Origin: Parvibaculum sp.
GTDB lineage: Bacteria; Pseudomonadota; Alphaproteobacteria; Parvibaculales; Parvibaculaceae
DNA: 64,000 bases
Direction of reading: 5' to 3'
NCBI GenBank assembly: GCA_013823365.1
Contig: PNMC01000002.1
Location: 504-64,503 of the forward strand
Shown here: in pieces, positions 38,067 to 47,665 of the stretch
Layout of the letters: every line of letters starts with the position of its first letter
How positions within the stretch are numbered: position 1 is the first letter of the stretch
Notes under the pieces: model-generated
Database searches by the model: none
Told to the model about the DNA's origin: nothing
What the model saw: only the letters and a program-made list of their open reading frames with translations
Position numbers and translations under genes: made by a program

Positions 38067-39719
38067 TCAGTTCGCCCAGTACACAAATTCATCATCCGGT
38101 CCGCGCAGGGCGCCGCCAAGGGGCCGGTCGATCATGACCGGCATTTCGACGAGCGATGGCCAGATGGGATCGGCCTGCTCGCTGTCGATCGCCTCGAGCG
38201 CAGCCATCATCTCCGCAAGTTTTTCGGGGTTCCCCTCGGCGAGATTGTGCTGCTCCGTCGGGTCTTCGGCAAGGTTGAAGAGCCATGTTTTCTCGAGACG
38301 TTCCGAGAGCTGCAGCTTCCAATCGCCCTGAAACAGCGTCTTGTATCCGCCCGACCGGAAATAGAGCGGGCGTTCGCCGACAGGCTCGCCGCGCACATGG
38401 CGCATGAGATCGATGCCGTCATAGGCACGGTCGTCCCGCAGCTCAGCGCCCGCTGCCGCTGCGGCGGTCGCAAAGATGTCGACATGTGCCGCGCGGTCAT
38501 CAAGCCTTGTCCCGGCCGGGATTTGCGCCGGCCATTTCATGAAGAAGGGCACATGAATGCCGCCTTCGAAGAAGCTCGCCTTCCAGCCGCGATAGGGCGT
38601 GTTGAGATCGGGGATGCCAACGTAATTCGCGCCGCCATTGTCGCTCGAGAAAATCACGATGGTATTTTCCTCAAGCCCCTGTACCCGCAACTCGTCGAGT
38701 ACCTTGCCGATGCCGCGGTCCAGCGCAACGATCATCGCCGCATAGGTGCGCAGCGTGTGATCCTCGATATGGGAAAGCGCATCGTAGTCGGACTTCAGCG
38801 CCTGCAGCGGCGTATGCGGTGCGTTATATGCGAGATACATAAAGAAGGGCCGGTTGCGGTTCGCGCGGATCGCCTTCACCGCCTCGTTCGACAGATAGTC
38901 CGTCATATATTCCGACGGCTCGAAATGCTTGCTGCCATTGTACTGAAGCGCGAAAGGCAGGTTCGCCCAGAGGAACCTGTCGATCGGATCGAAGTCCTGC
39001 ATCGAGTTGACGACATCCGGATGGTTCTTCGGCAGGAAAAGAGCTGCGCCCGGCATGAAGCCCAGCGCCTCGTCGAATCCGCGCGCCTCCGGACGCGAGG
39101 TATCCGTGGCGCCGAGATGCCATTTACCGAGCATCAGCGTGCGGTAGCCCTGCTCCTTCAGCATCTGGGGGATGTAGATTTCGCTGAGCGGCACACTCAT
39201 TTCCTCGACCGGCGGCGTATCCTTCACGCGATCCGCATGAAAGATGGCGCCGGTATTGGCGAAGGCTGCGATGTTTCTCGCGAAAGCAGGCGGCACCGGC
39301 GTGAACTCGAAGCCGAAGCGCGTCGCGAAACGACCGGTCATGATCGCTGCGCGGGACGGCGCGCAAGTGGCATTGCCCGCATATCCATTCGTGAAGATCG
39401 CGCCGTCCTGCGCGATCGAGTTCATGTTCGGGGTCGGCACCGTTCCGCCGGCAAGCCCGCCGCCGCCATAGGTCAGTTCATTGAAGCCCATGTCATCGAC
39501 CAGAATGACGACGATATTCGGCGCTCGTTCGCGCGGCGGGGTCGCGGCCTCTTCGGGCCCCTCCTCCCAGGTGATTTCGCGATTAGGCTGAACGGGGTCG
39601 GTGATCGATTGAACGATGCCCGGCAGGTAGTACCAGTAGCGGTCGAACAGCAGCGCCCCGCTCCCGGCAAGGATGCCAAGGCCGGCAATCACTGCCATGC
39701 CGCGTTTACCGATCTTCAT
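38067..39719 (-). CDS. Arylsulfatase-family (Cys-type) sulfatase
   Basis: PNIVVILVDDMG, CAPSRAAIMTGR (CxPxR), GKWHLG, APHTP, SSDNGG and EGGIHVP motifs; N-terminal TM anchor. Confidence 0.95.
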   Translation of the reverse strand: MKIGKRGMAVIAGLGILAGSGALLFDRYWYYLPGIVQSITDPVQPNREITWEEGPEEAATPPRERAPNIVVILVDDMGFNELTYGGGGLAGGTVPTPNMNSIAQDGAIFTNGYAGNATCAPSRAAIMTGRFATRFGFEFTPVPPAFARNIAAFANTGAIFHADRVKDTPPVEEMSVPLSEIYIPQMLKEQGYRTLMLGKWHLGATDTSRPEARGFDEALGFMPGAALFLPKNHPDVVNSMQDFDPIDRFLWANLPFALQYNGSKHFEPSEYMTDYLSNEAVKAIRANRNRPFFMYLAYNAPHTPLQALKSDYDALSHIEDHTLRTYAAMIVALDRGIGKVLDELRVQGLEENTIVIFSSDNGGANYVGIPDLNTPYRGWKASFFEGGIHVPFFMKWPAQIPAGTRLDDRAAHVDIFATAAAAAGAELRDDRAYDGIDLMRHVRGEPVGERPLYFRSGGYKTLFQGDWKLQLSERLEKTWLFNLAEDPTEQHNLAEGNPEKLAEMMAALEAIDSEQADPIWPSLVEMPVMIDRPLGGALRGPDDEFVYWAN

Positions 39720-39737
39720 GATGCCCCCTCCCAACTG

Positions 39738-39758
39738 TTTTAATGCATATCATTAAAA
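39738..39758. promoter_or_regulatory. Perfect inverted repeat TTTTAATG-CATAT-CATTAAAA upstream of sulfatase
   Basis: 8-bp arms with a 5-bp spacer, about 20 bp upstream of the ATG, in an AT-rich promoter. Confidence 0.55.
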
Positions 39759-39824
39759 TAGCTGCCGTTCAGAGGGGCCGGCAAGGCGCAATAAATATTA
39801 TTCCGCAATACGAAATTTGGAAAA

Positions 39825-40718
39825 TCAGGCGGCCGGACGCGGCTTGCCGGCGGGCGTGTGCCGCGCGCCGCGGAAGCGGCGCTCGCCTGCGAAATCGCTA
39901 CGCGCGAAAGGACGGCGAGAGGGCGCTTCGTCCAGAAAATCCCGAATGAGAGGGATGACTTCCTTCGCCCGCGAGACAAGGAAAAGGTGCCCGCCGGGCA
40001 CGATTTCAAGCCGGGCACCTGGAATGAGCGAGGCAAGCAGCCTTCCGTTCACCTGCGGCACGATCTGATCGTTCTCGCCCGCGAGAACCAGCGTGTCCGG
40101 CTTCAGGAACGGCAGGAAGGGAACGCTGGTCCAGCCCATGCCGGCGAGGAGCTGATAGAAGTAGCCGCGCAGGCTCGGAGGCCGCAGCCGTTTCGCGTGG
40201 CCCTCCGCGCCATCCTGCTCGTCGCCATAGAGCATCTCGAAATGCTGCATCATGTAATCGGGGTTCATGTAACGGCGCGGATGGGCGAGCTTCGCCAGCG
40301 CCGCAGGCTTGCCCGGCACCATGAAGAAACCGGCGGAGGTCGCGGCAAGGATGAGCTTGTTCACGCGCGCGCCGAACTGGAAAGCGAATTGCTGAGCCAT
40401 GGCGCCACCCCAGGAGACGCCCATGACATCGACCTCGCCATAGCCGAGTTCATCGAGGATGGCCGCTGCCATGCGCGCGAACTGCCAGGGCCGATAGGGA
40501 AACGCCGCCGCCGGGGAGCCACCGACACCCGGCGCATCGAAGGCAATCACGTCCCGGTCCGGGAAAGCTTCGGCAAGCGGCGCGATCAATTCGATATTCG
40601 CACCGATGCCATTAAAGAAGAGAAGCGCGCGATGCGGCCCCTTGCCTTCCCATACCGCCGTGCGGAGCACATTCGAGCCCACCCTTATGTCGCGGTAACG
40701 CGGGGTTCGATCATTCAT
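39825..40718 (-). CDS. phaZ: Poly(3-hydroxyalkanoate) depolymerase
   Basis: FNGIGANIEL, FDAPGVGGS, lipase box GVSWGG, MVPGKP and GGHLFL motifs; directly downstream of phaC. Confidence 0.9.
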   Translation of the reverse strand: MNDRTPRYRDIRVGSNVLRTAVWEGKGPHRALLFFNGIGANIELIAPLAEAFPDRDVIAFDAPGVGGSPAAAFPYRPWQFARMAAAILDELGYGEVDVMGVSWGGAMAQQFAFQFGARVNKLILAATSAGFFMVPGKPAALAKLAHPRRYMNPDYMMQHFEMLYGDEQDGAEGHAKRLRPPSLRGYFYQLLAGMGWTSVPFLPFLKPDTLVLAGENDQIVPQVNGRLLASLIPGARLEIVPGGHLFLVSRAKEVIPLIRDFLDEAPSRRPFARSDFAGERRFRGARHTPAGKPRPAA

Positions 40719-40763
40719 TCAGGGTCCGGCCTTTCGACTCTTGTCGACTCACTCTGGGAACAT

Positions 40764-42461
40764 TCAGCCTAATACATAGGTGCCCGGAGCGGGATCCATA
40801 GGCGGAAATTTCCGGGAACCGAGTTTTTTAGGTGCCGGAACTTCCTCGCCCGAGCGCTCGCCAAGCCAGACCGCCCAGCGCTCCCACCAGGAACCCTGAA
40901 CTTCGGAGGCGCCTGCCGCCCATTCATCCGCCGTACCGGGAAGTTTATCGTTAACGAAATATTTCGCCTTCGGGTTCCCGGGCGGATTCAGGATCGCCTG
41001 AATGTGGCCGCTGTTCGAAAGAACGAATTCGCGCTTGCCGCCGAGCATCTGCGTGGTGCGGTAGCAAGCCTTCCAGGGCGTGATGTGATCGGTCACGCCG
41101 CCGACGATGAAGGCATCGATATCGACATTTCCAAGATCTATCGGCTGTCCGAGTATCATTTCCTTACCCGGATTGGCGAAGGGCTGGGTCTCGTAAAGCG
41201 ACAGATAGTCGGAATGAAGTGCTGCCGTAAGATTGGTGGAATCGTTATTCCAGAAGAGAACGTCGAAAGCTGGCGGCTTCTGGCCGTGAAGATAGTTGTT
41301 CACGACATAGTTCCAGATGAGATCGTTCGGCCTGAGCCACGCGAAGACGCGGGATAGATCCGAGCCCGCGAGAACGCCCTTCTTGGCGGATCGTTTTCGC
41401 GCCATCTCGATGCCGCGTTTCGTCACCAGCACGCCGACATCGCTGTCTTCCATACGCGGATCGAGCACACAGACCCAGAAGGTGACGGAATTGATGCGCT
41501 TGTCCCCCTTCGCTGCGAGGTAGCTCAGAAGCGTTGCGGTGGTGATGCCGCCCGAGCAGCCGCCGGAGATATTCACCTTTTCCGAACCGGTGATCGAATT
41601 GACCACGCCGATGACATCGACCAGGGCGGAAACGTAATCCGCAAGACCCCAGTCGCGATGTTCCGGGCCCGGATTGCGCCAGCTCACCACGAAAACCTGG
41701 AATCCCTGATCGACGAGATAGCGCGACATACTCTTCTCGGGCGTCAGGTCGAGCACATAATACTTGTTGATCTGCGGCGGCACGAAGAGAAGCGGCATGG
41801 CTCGGACCTTGCCGGTCTTGGGCGTGTATTGCAGCAGCTCCAGCATCTCCGTGCGGTAGACGACATTGCCCTCGGTCGTGGCGATATTCTCACCGACCTT
41901 GAAGGGCGTCTTGTCCACCTGCGAGGGCATGCCGTGATTGTGACGGAGGTCGTCCAGCGCATGGCGCAGTCCCTGCACCAGCGAAAGACCGCCGGTATCG
42001 ACCGCCAGTTTCACCGCCGATGGATTGCCGACAAAGCTGTTCGTCGGCGCGACGGCGTCGATCATGATATCGGCGACGAGCATGGCGCGGCCATGTTCGA
42101 TCGGGTCGAGATCGAGCGATCTGATGAAGCCGTGCATTTCATTGCGAAAGGCGAGCCAGCCCTGCATGACGCGGCTGTAGACCGGGTTCAACTGCCAGGC
42201 ACGATCGGCGAAACGGCGATCCTTCGGTTCCGGTGCGAACTTGTTCTCCCCGCCGATAATGTCCACGACATTCCGGCCGAAAGAGCCGACATGCTGCATA
42301 AAGGTGAAGGGATGGCGCGCCGCGCCGCCGACAATGGCGCCGATGGCAGCGAATACATCCTCCCGGCTGATGCCGACGATGGGGCTCAGCACATTCGGCG
42401 TTTCCGCCGCTTCCTCGCCGATCCCCGCTCCAAAATCGTCCTTCTGCCGCCTCGCCATCAT
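40764..42461 (-). CDS. phaC: Poly(3-hydroxyalkanoate) synthase (class II-like)
   Basis: PEPKDRRF, VPPQINKYYVLDL, GGCSGG catalytic box, WLRPNDLIWNY, DHITPW, SGHIQ and APGTYV motifs. Confidence 0.93.
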   Translation of the reverse strand: MMARRQKDDFGAGIGEEAAETPNVLSPIVGISREDVFAAIGAIVGGAARHPFTFMQHVGSFGRNVVDIIGGENKFAPEPKDRRFADRAWQLNPVYSRVMQGWLAFRNEMHGFIRSLDLDPIEHGRAMLVADIMIDAVAPTNSFVGNPSAVKLAVDTGGLSLVQGLRHALDDLRHNHGMPSQVDKTPFKVGENIATTEGNVVYRTEMLELLQYTPKTGKVRAMPLLFVPPQINKYYVLDLTPEKSMSRYLVDQGFQVFVVSWRNPGPEHRDWGLADYVSALVDVIGVVNSITGSEKVNISGGCSGGITTATLLSYLAAKGDKRINSVTFWVCVLDPRMEDSDVGVLVTKRGIEMARKRSAKKGVLAGSDLSRVFAWLRPNDLIWNYVVNNYLHGQKPPAFDVLFWNNDSTNLTAALHSDYLSLYETQPFANPGKEMILGQPIDLGNVDIDAFIVGGVTDHITPWKACYRTTQMLGGKREFVLSNSGHIQAILNPPGNPKAKYFVNDKLPGTADEWAAGASEVQGSWWERWAVWLGERSGEEVPAPKKLGSRKFPPMDPAPGTYVLG

Positions 42462-42599
42462 GCCCTCCCCGGCACTTATTGGTGCGGCCTGCCCTCCCTC
42501 CCCGGAGGGCAGGCCCCGGTCAGCCATGATGCGCCGGGTCGTTGCCGCTCACAAGGGGCACGTTAGGGAAAGCGCGGCCCGGATCATGTCCGGGCGGCC

Positions 42600-43025
42600 T
42601 TAAAGCGACAGGAAGGTCTTTGCGCCGATATTGATCTGGCCCGCCAGTCCCGCATCCCGATGCAGCTCAATCGCGTGGTACTCAGGTGAGTTGACCATGT
42701 CGAGCAGCGCGGCGCGGGAGGGATATTCGACCAGGGCCACCTGATCCCAGAGTTCCTCGCACTCGCCGATCATCAAGCCGTCCACCGCGCCGACATAGAT
42801 CATCCGGCCGCCGAGCCGTTCGATGATCTGCTTCACGGCGAGGCCATAGCGCGTATAGGCCTCGAAGCCGCTGATATGGGCATCGCGTCCATCGGGATAG
42901 GCGGCGCGCTCCCTGAACTTCAGCAGGTTGACCATGACGACCGGCCCGTCTTTCGCGGTCCCCGCGCGCTCGAAAAACTCCTCCATCTGCCCGTCATGCG
43001 GGCGCATCGTATTCTCGAAACGCAT
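42600..43025 (-). CDS. DUF1330-family protein
   Basis: GPVVMVNLLKFR...WDQVALVEYPS...HRDAGL pattern; start re-called behind GAGGA. Confidence 0.8.
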   Translation of the reverse strand: MRFENTMRPHDGQMEEFFERAGTAKDGPVVMVNLLKFRERAAYPDGRDAHISGFEAYTRYGLAVKQIIERLGGRMIYVGAVDGLMIGECEELWDQVALVEYPSRAALLDMVNSPEYHAIELHRDAGLAGQINIGAKTFLSL

Positions 43026-43233
43026 CCGATCCTCTTTCAAAGCAATTGACGCCGCGACGCCCGCCATTATATTGACACTACAAGTGCCATTTTATCGGCC
43101 TTCCTTTGCCCCCGGTCAAGCGGAACAGGGCTTCGTGTTCAAAATTCAACCGCCGGGTGAACGGGGATTTCACTAAAACGACGCGGCATCCGTGAGAGAA
43201 TGGCGGCGAATGACATTGGAGGAGGGATATCGA

Positions 43234-44307
43234 ATGAGCACGCAGATCCGGGAACTGATCGTCAACCGGCAGGATTTCTCGAAGTCGCAATGGGTGAGCC
43301 GAGAGGCGGAGGTCGAGGACGGACAAATTCTCATCGAGATCGAAAAATTTGCCCTCACCGCGAACAACATCACCTATGCGGTGGCCGGCGACATGCTGAA
43401 CTACTGGGCCTTCTTTCCCGCGCAGGAGGGCTGGGGAAAGATTCCGGTCTGGGGCTTTGCGCGCGTCGTCAAATCGAAATGCCCGGCCATACCGGAAGGC
43501 GAGCGGCTGTTCGGCTATCTGCCGATGGCGAACTATCTTGTGATGCAGCCCGAGCGCGTGACGCCGGGCAGCTTTCTCGACCTTTACAAGCAGCGCCGCG
43601 AGCTGCACCCGGTCTACAATAATTATACGCGGGTGACCGGCGCGCGGGCGCATGAGGATGTCGAGCCGATCCTGAGGCCGCTCTTCACGACCTCCTTCCT
43701 GATCGACGACTGGCTCGCGGATAATGATTTCTTCGGGGCAAAACAGGTGATCTCGATCAGCGCCTCGTCGAAGACGGGGCTCGGCCTCGGCTTCTGCCTG
43801 AGCCGGCGGCGTCCCGCGGGGCCGGATTCGATCGGCCTCACTTCGGCGGGAAACAAGAACTTCGTGGAAGGCACCGGCTTCTTCGACCGGGCCGTCGCTT
43901 ATGGCGACGTCGCAAGCCTCGACGCATCGGTCCCCACTGCCGTGGTCGATTTCGCGGGCAATGGAGAAGTGCTCTCGGCGGTGCATCATCACTTCCGCGA
44001 CAATCTTGTGGAAAGCACGACGGTCGGCCTGTCGCACAAGGATGCGCCGCGCGCGTCCGGCGACCTGCCCGGTGCGAAGCCGCATCTCTTCTTCGCCCCC
44101 GACCAGATGAAGAAGCGGAACGAGGAATGGGGCCACGAGGCCTATGAGCGCAAGGTCGGTGAAAACTGGAATGCCTTTGCAAGTGCCGCCGGAAAATGGA
44201 TGAAGCTCGAGCGCAGCCATGGCGAGGCGGCGATCTCGAAGGTCTATGCGGACATGCTTGCCGGCCGCATCAACCCGGCGGAAGGGCATCTGCTGTCGCT
44301 CAAATAG
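43234..44307 (+). CDS. DUF2855-family protein
   Basis: FALTANNITYA, YWAFFP, IPVWGFA, PLFTTSFL, SASSKT and FFAPDQ motifs; GGAGG RBS. Confidence 0.82.
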   Translation: MSTQIRELIVNRQDFSKSQWVSREAEVEDGQILIEIEKFALTANNITYAVAGDMLNYWAFFPAQEGWGKIPVWGFARVVKSKCPAIPEGERLFGYLPMANYLVMQPERVTPGSFLDLYKQRRELHPVYNNYTRVTGARAHEDVEPILRPLFTTSFLIDDWLADNDFFGAKQVISISASSKTGLGLGFCLSRRRPAGPDSIGLTSAGNKNFVEGTGFFDRAVAYGDVASLDASVPTAVVDFAGNGEVLSAVHHHFRDNLVESTTVGLSHKDAPRASGDLPGAKPHLFFAPDQMKKRNEEWGHEAYERKVGENWNAFASAAGKWMKLERSHGEAAISKVYADMLAGRINPAEGHLLSLK

Positions 44308-44334
44308 AAGACGAAGAAAGCGGGGAGGAATTCG

Positions 44335-45363
44335 ATGACGATTGAAACGCCGTTGCTGCTCAGCGGTGCGCCGGGCTCGCCCTATACGCGCAAGATGCTG
44401 GCGGTCTTGCGCTACCGGCATATTCCCTACCGCTTTTTCCTTTCGGGGCACGACACGCCGAAGACGCTGCCCGCGCCGAAAGTCCAATTGCTGCCGACTT
44501 TCTATCTGAAGGAAAACGGCAGCGAGTATCAGGCCGCCGTCGACTCCTCGCCGCTTATTCGCCGTTTCGAGGCAGCGTTCAGCGGGCGGAGTACCCTGCC
44601 CCCGGACCCGGTTGTCGATTTCATCGATTATCTGATCGAGGACTATGCCGATGAGTGGCTGACCAAGGCCATGTTCCACTACCGCTGGCATTACAAGCCC
44701 GATGTCGAACGGGCGGCGGCGATCCTGCCGCGCTGGCGGGCGGTGACGGCTTCCGAAGACGACCACCTGAAGATGGGGAAGATGTTTGCCGAACGGCAGA
44801 TTTCGCGTCTCTATGTCGTCGGCTCGAACGACACAACGGCCCCGGTGATCGAGGCGAGCTATGAACGGTTCCTCGGCTGCATGAAGTCGATCCTCGAGAA
44901 GCAGCCCTTTGTCATGGGCAAGCGGCCCGGCAGCAGCGACTTCGGCATTTTCGGGCAGCTCACGCAGCTCACACATTTCGACCCAACGCCGATGGCGCTG
45001 ACGCTTGAGCATGCGCCGCGCGTTTTCGCCTGGGTCGATATCATGGAAGACCTTTCGGGCGTCGAGCCCGCCGAAGGCGACTGGATCGCGCGCGAGGCCG
45101 TTCCCGGCACCCTCGGCACGTTGCTCAAGGAAATCGGCCGCGTCTATGCACCCGCGCTGATCGCCAATGCGAAGGCGCTGATGACAGGCGCGGAGAAGGT
45201 CGAAGCCGAAATCGACGGTAAACCCTGGGTGCAGCAGCCTTTCCCCTATCAGGGAAAATGTCTGCAGTGGCTGCGTGAAAAGCGAGAGGCGCTGACGGCG
45301 GACGACCGGAAGATTCTGGACGGCCTGCTCGCCAGCACGGGCTGCGAAACGCTTTTCGCCTGA
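44335..45363 (+). CDS. Glutathione S-transferase family protein
   Basis: SPYTRK, VDSSPLI, EDYADEWL...MFHYRW and GKRPGSSDF motifs. Confidence 0.85.
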   Translation: MTIETPLLLSGAPGSPYTRKMLAVLRYRHIPYRFFLSGHDTPKTLPAPKVQLLPTFYLKENGSEYQAAVDSSPLIRRFEAAFSGRSTLPPDPVVDFIDYLIEDYADEWLTKAMFHYRWHYKPDVERAAAILPRWRAVTASEDDHLKMGKMFAERQISRLYVVGSNDTTAPVIEASYERFLGCMKSILEKQPFVMGKRPGSSDFGIFGQLTQLTHFDPTPMALTLEHAPRVFAWVDIMEDLSGVEPAEGDWIAREAVPGTLGTLLKEIGRVYAPALIANAKALMTGAEKVEAEIDGKPWVQQPFPYQGKCLQWLREKREALTADDRKILDGLLASTGCETLFA

Positions 45364-45367
45364 CGCT

Positions 45368-45964
45368 TCAGCGTTTATTGCGCGGTGGCGCGACAAGCGC
45401 GAGGCCCATTGCCTCGATTACGCGTTTTGCCTGGGCCGGGGAGAGGTTCTGGTCCATGCGCAGGCGCCGCCACATGTCGAAACTCAACAGGGCATCCAGT
45501 GCATCGACGACGGTGCGGTCCTTGCGCAGGTCTGCCGGCAGGGCATTGCGCAGAAGTTCGCGCAGACCTGCATTCATCCGCTCCCTGTCCTCGACCAGAT
45601 AGGTCGAACGGTGAGCATTGGCATCGGCAGCAACGCGGAAAGGCATGATGCGTTCGAAAAGGCGCGACCGCCGCTCGAGCATCTGCTGGAATTTCTCTTC
45701 GATGGTGCCGCTCGGCTCCGCCATGTCGAGAAAGGGTTCGGCCTCGACCATCGCCAGCGCACCGATCTCGCGATAGAGGCTTTCCATATCGTCGAAATGG
45801 CGGAAGACGGTCCGCAGGCCCACATCGGCGCGGGTCGCAACCTCCTCGGCGCGCGGAGACACATTCCCCTCCCGTATCAGGTCCCGCATGGCCTCGACGA
45901 TGCGAAGGCGGCTTGCCGCGCTGCGGAGGCGCCGTCCGTCCTGCTTCTTGATGGTATCGGTCAT
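45368..45964 (-). CDS. TetR/AcrR family transcriptional regulator
   Basis: DGRRLRS...EEVATRADVGLRTVFRHF helix-turn-helix. Confidence 0.92.
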   Translation of the reverse strand: MTDTIKKQDGRRLRSAASRLRIVEAMRDLIREGNVSPRAEEVATRADVGLRTVFRHFDDMESLYREIGALAMVEAEPFLDMAEPSGTIEEKFQQMLERRSRLFERIMPFRVAADANAHRSTYLVEDRERMNAGLRELLRNALPADLRKDRTVVDALDALLSFDMWRRLRMDQNLSPAQAKRVIEAMGLALVAPPRNKR

Positions 45965-46056
45965 TCGGGGAGACTCATCGAAGGGTTGGGTGCCGCATCA
46001 TCCCAAACCATGCCTGCAATTGCCACAGGCGAGTGTCGCAATCCGGTCGATTCCGC

Positions 46057-47658
46057 CTATTCGCCGTTCCCCTGGAGCGCACGGCGGACGCGCCGAAGGA
46101 TCACGCGCCGCGCCTTGTCGTCGGCCGCCTTGTCGAGCTCCGCCCCGATATCGAGCCAGAGTTCGGACAGATCGTTGTGCCAATCCGTCCGGCCGACATT
46201 TTCCGGCAGCAGGCGGCGAGGCGCCGGGCGCTCCCGCGTGGCCGGCGTTTCGGCAAGAAGGTCGAACTCCGAATCCAGAGCCGGGGCGATGATCCGGTCG
46301 CCATCGAGCCCCAGCGCCGCAAGCCGTTCATGAAGTCCGGCGATGCCCTCCTCCTCGCCATGGATGAGAATGATGCCGCGCTTTACCGGGCCGCGTTCGG
46401 CCACCCAACGGGCAAGGCCCGGTCCGTCTGCATGGCCGGAGAAAATATCGAGCGTGCGGATACGGGCGCGGACCTTCACCTCCTCGCCCTGAATACGGAC
46501 GGCTTCGGCTCCGTTCTGCAGAATGCGGCCAAGCGTGCCTTCCGCCTGATAGCCGACCATGAGGACAGTGGTGTTCGTTCGCCAGAGGCGGTTCTTCAGG
46601 TGATGGCGGATGCGGCCCGCGTCGCACATGCCGCTCGCAGCCACGATGATGTGGCCGCCGTCCATGCGCTCGATCATCATGCTTTCCTGCACGGACTCCG
46701 TCGTGCGCAGGAGAGGCGAGCGCATGAGATGGCGGAAGACATCGCCGCCCTCCAGCTCATCGGCATGATCCATGAAGATTTCCGTCGCGCGGATGGCGAG
46801 CGGCGAATCCAGGAAGATCGGCACCTGCGGGATGCGTCGTGCATGCGCAAGCGCAAGCAGGTCCGACAGAAGTTCCTGCGTCCGTTCCACAGCGAAGGAG
46901 GGTACGATAAGCGTGCCGTTTCCCTTCAGTGCCTCATTCACCTCCCGCGCCACAAGATCACGCCGCTCCTCCAGCGACATGAGCCCGCGCTCGCGCGCGC
47001 CGTAAGTCGCTTCGCAGATGATGTAGTCGAGACTGTCGGGCGAGTCCGGGGCGGGATGGAAACTTGTAACCTGAGGACCGATATCGCCGGAAAAGAGGAG
47101 CCGCAGGAGAGGGTGCTTCTCATCGCCCGTCTGAAGTTCGATCTCCACCGAAGAGGAACCGAGAATGTGCCCTGCGTTCCAGAACCGGGCACGGATACCC
47201 CGGGCGGGCTCGATCCACGTGTCATAGGCCACCGGACTGAAGCTCTGCAGCGTCGCCTCGGCATCTTCGATGCCATAGATCGGCGTAACCTCCGGGCGGC
47301 CACGCCGGGCATTGCGCCGGTTGAGCTGCTGCACTTCCGATTCCTGGATGTGGGCCGAATCCGGAAGCATGCAGGTGAGGAGGTCGAATGTGCCATGTGT
47401 GGCATGGATCGGCCCCTTGAAGCCCGCCTTTACAAGCTTCGGCAGAAGGCCCGAATGATCGATATGCGCATGGGTGAGCAGCACGAAATCGATCTCTTCC
47501 GGATCGAAAGGGAAGTTCGCATAGTTCAGCGCTTTCAACGTTTTCGAGCCCTGGAACATGCCGCAATCGACGAGAAAGCGCGTCTTGCCGGCCTGCAGGA
47601 GGAAGCATGAACCCGTAACGGTGCGGGCGGCGCCATGAACGGTCAGCGAAATCGTCAT
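46057..47658 (-). CDS. Metallo-beta-lactamase beta-CASP RNA-processing nuclease (YSH1/TTHA0252-like)
   Basis: GAARTVTGS, DCGMFQG, THAHIDHSG, AGHILGS, FSGDIG, FAVERTQE, SGMCDAGRI, FSGHAD and IHGE motifs. Confidence 0.92.
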   Translation of the reverse strand: MTISLTVHGAARTVTGSCFLLQAGKTRFLVDCGMFQGSKTLKALNYANFPFDPEEIDFVLLTHAHIDHSGLLPKLVKAGFKGPIHATHGTFDLLTCMLPDSAHIQESEVQQLNRRNARRGRPEVTPIYGIEDAEATLQSFSPVAYDTWIEPARGIRARFWNAGHILGSSSVEIELQTGDEKHPLLRLLFSGDIGPQVTSFHPAPDSPDSLDYIICEATYGARERGLMSLEERRDLVAREVNEALKGNGTLIVPSFAVERTQELLSDLLALAHARRIPQVPIFLDSPLAIRATEIFMDHADELEGGDVFRHLMRSPLLRTTESVQESMMIERMDGGHIIVAASGMCDAGRIRHHLKNRLWRTNTTVLMVGYQAEGTLGRILQNGAEAVRIQGEEVKVRARIRTLDIFSGHADGPGLARWVAERGPVKRGIILIHGEEEGIAGLHERLAALGLDGDRIIAPALDSEFDLLAETPATRERPAPRRLLPENVGRTDWHNDLSELWLDIGAELDKAADDKARRVILRRVRRALQGNGE

Positions 47659-47665
47659 CTTGTAC

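Noticed and set aside
30482-45396. Other long opposite-strand ORFs (30482-33160, 34876-37032, 37404-39743, 43078-45396)
   Set aside because: Each mirrors well-supported genes on the other strand and lacks RBS or motif support.
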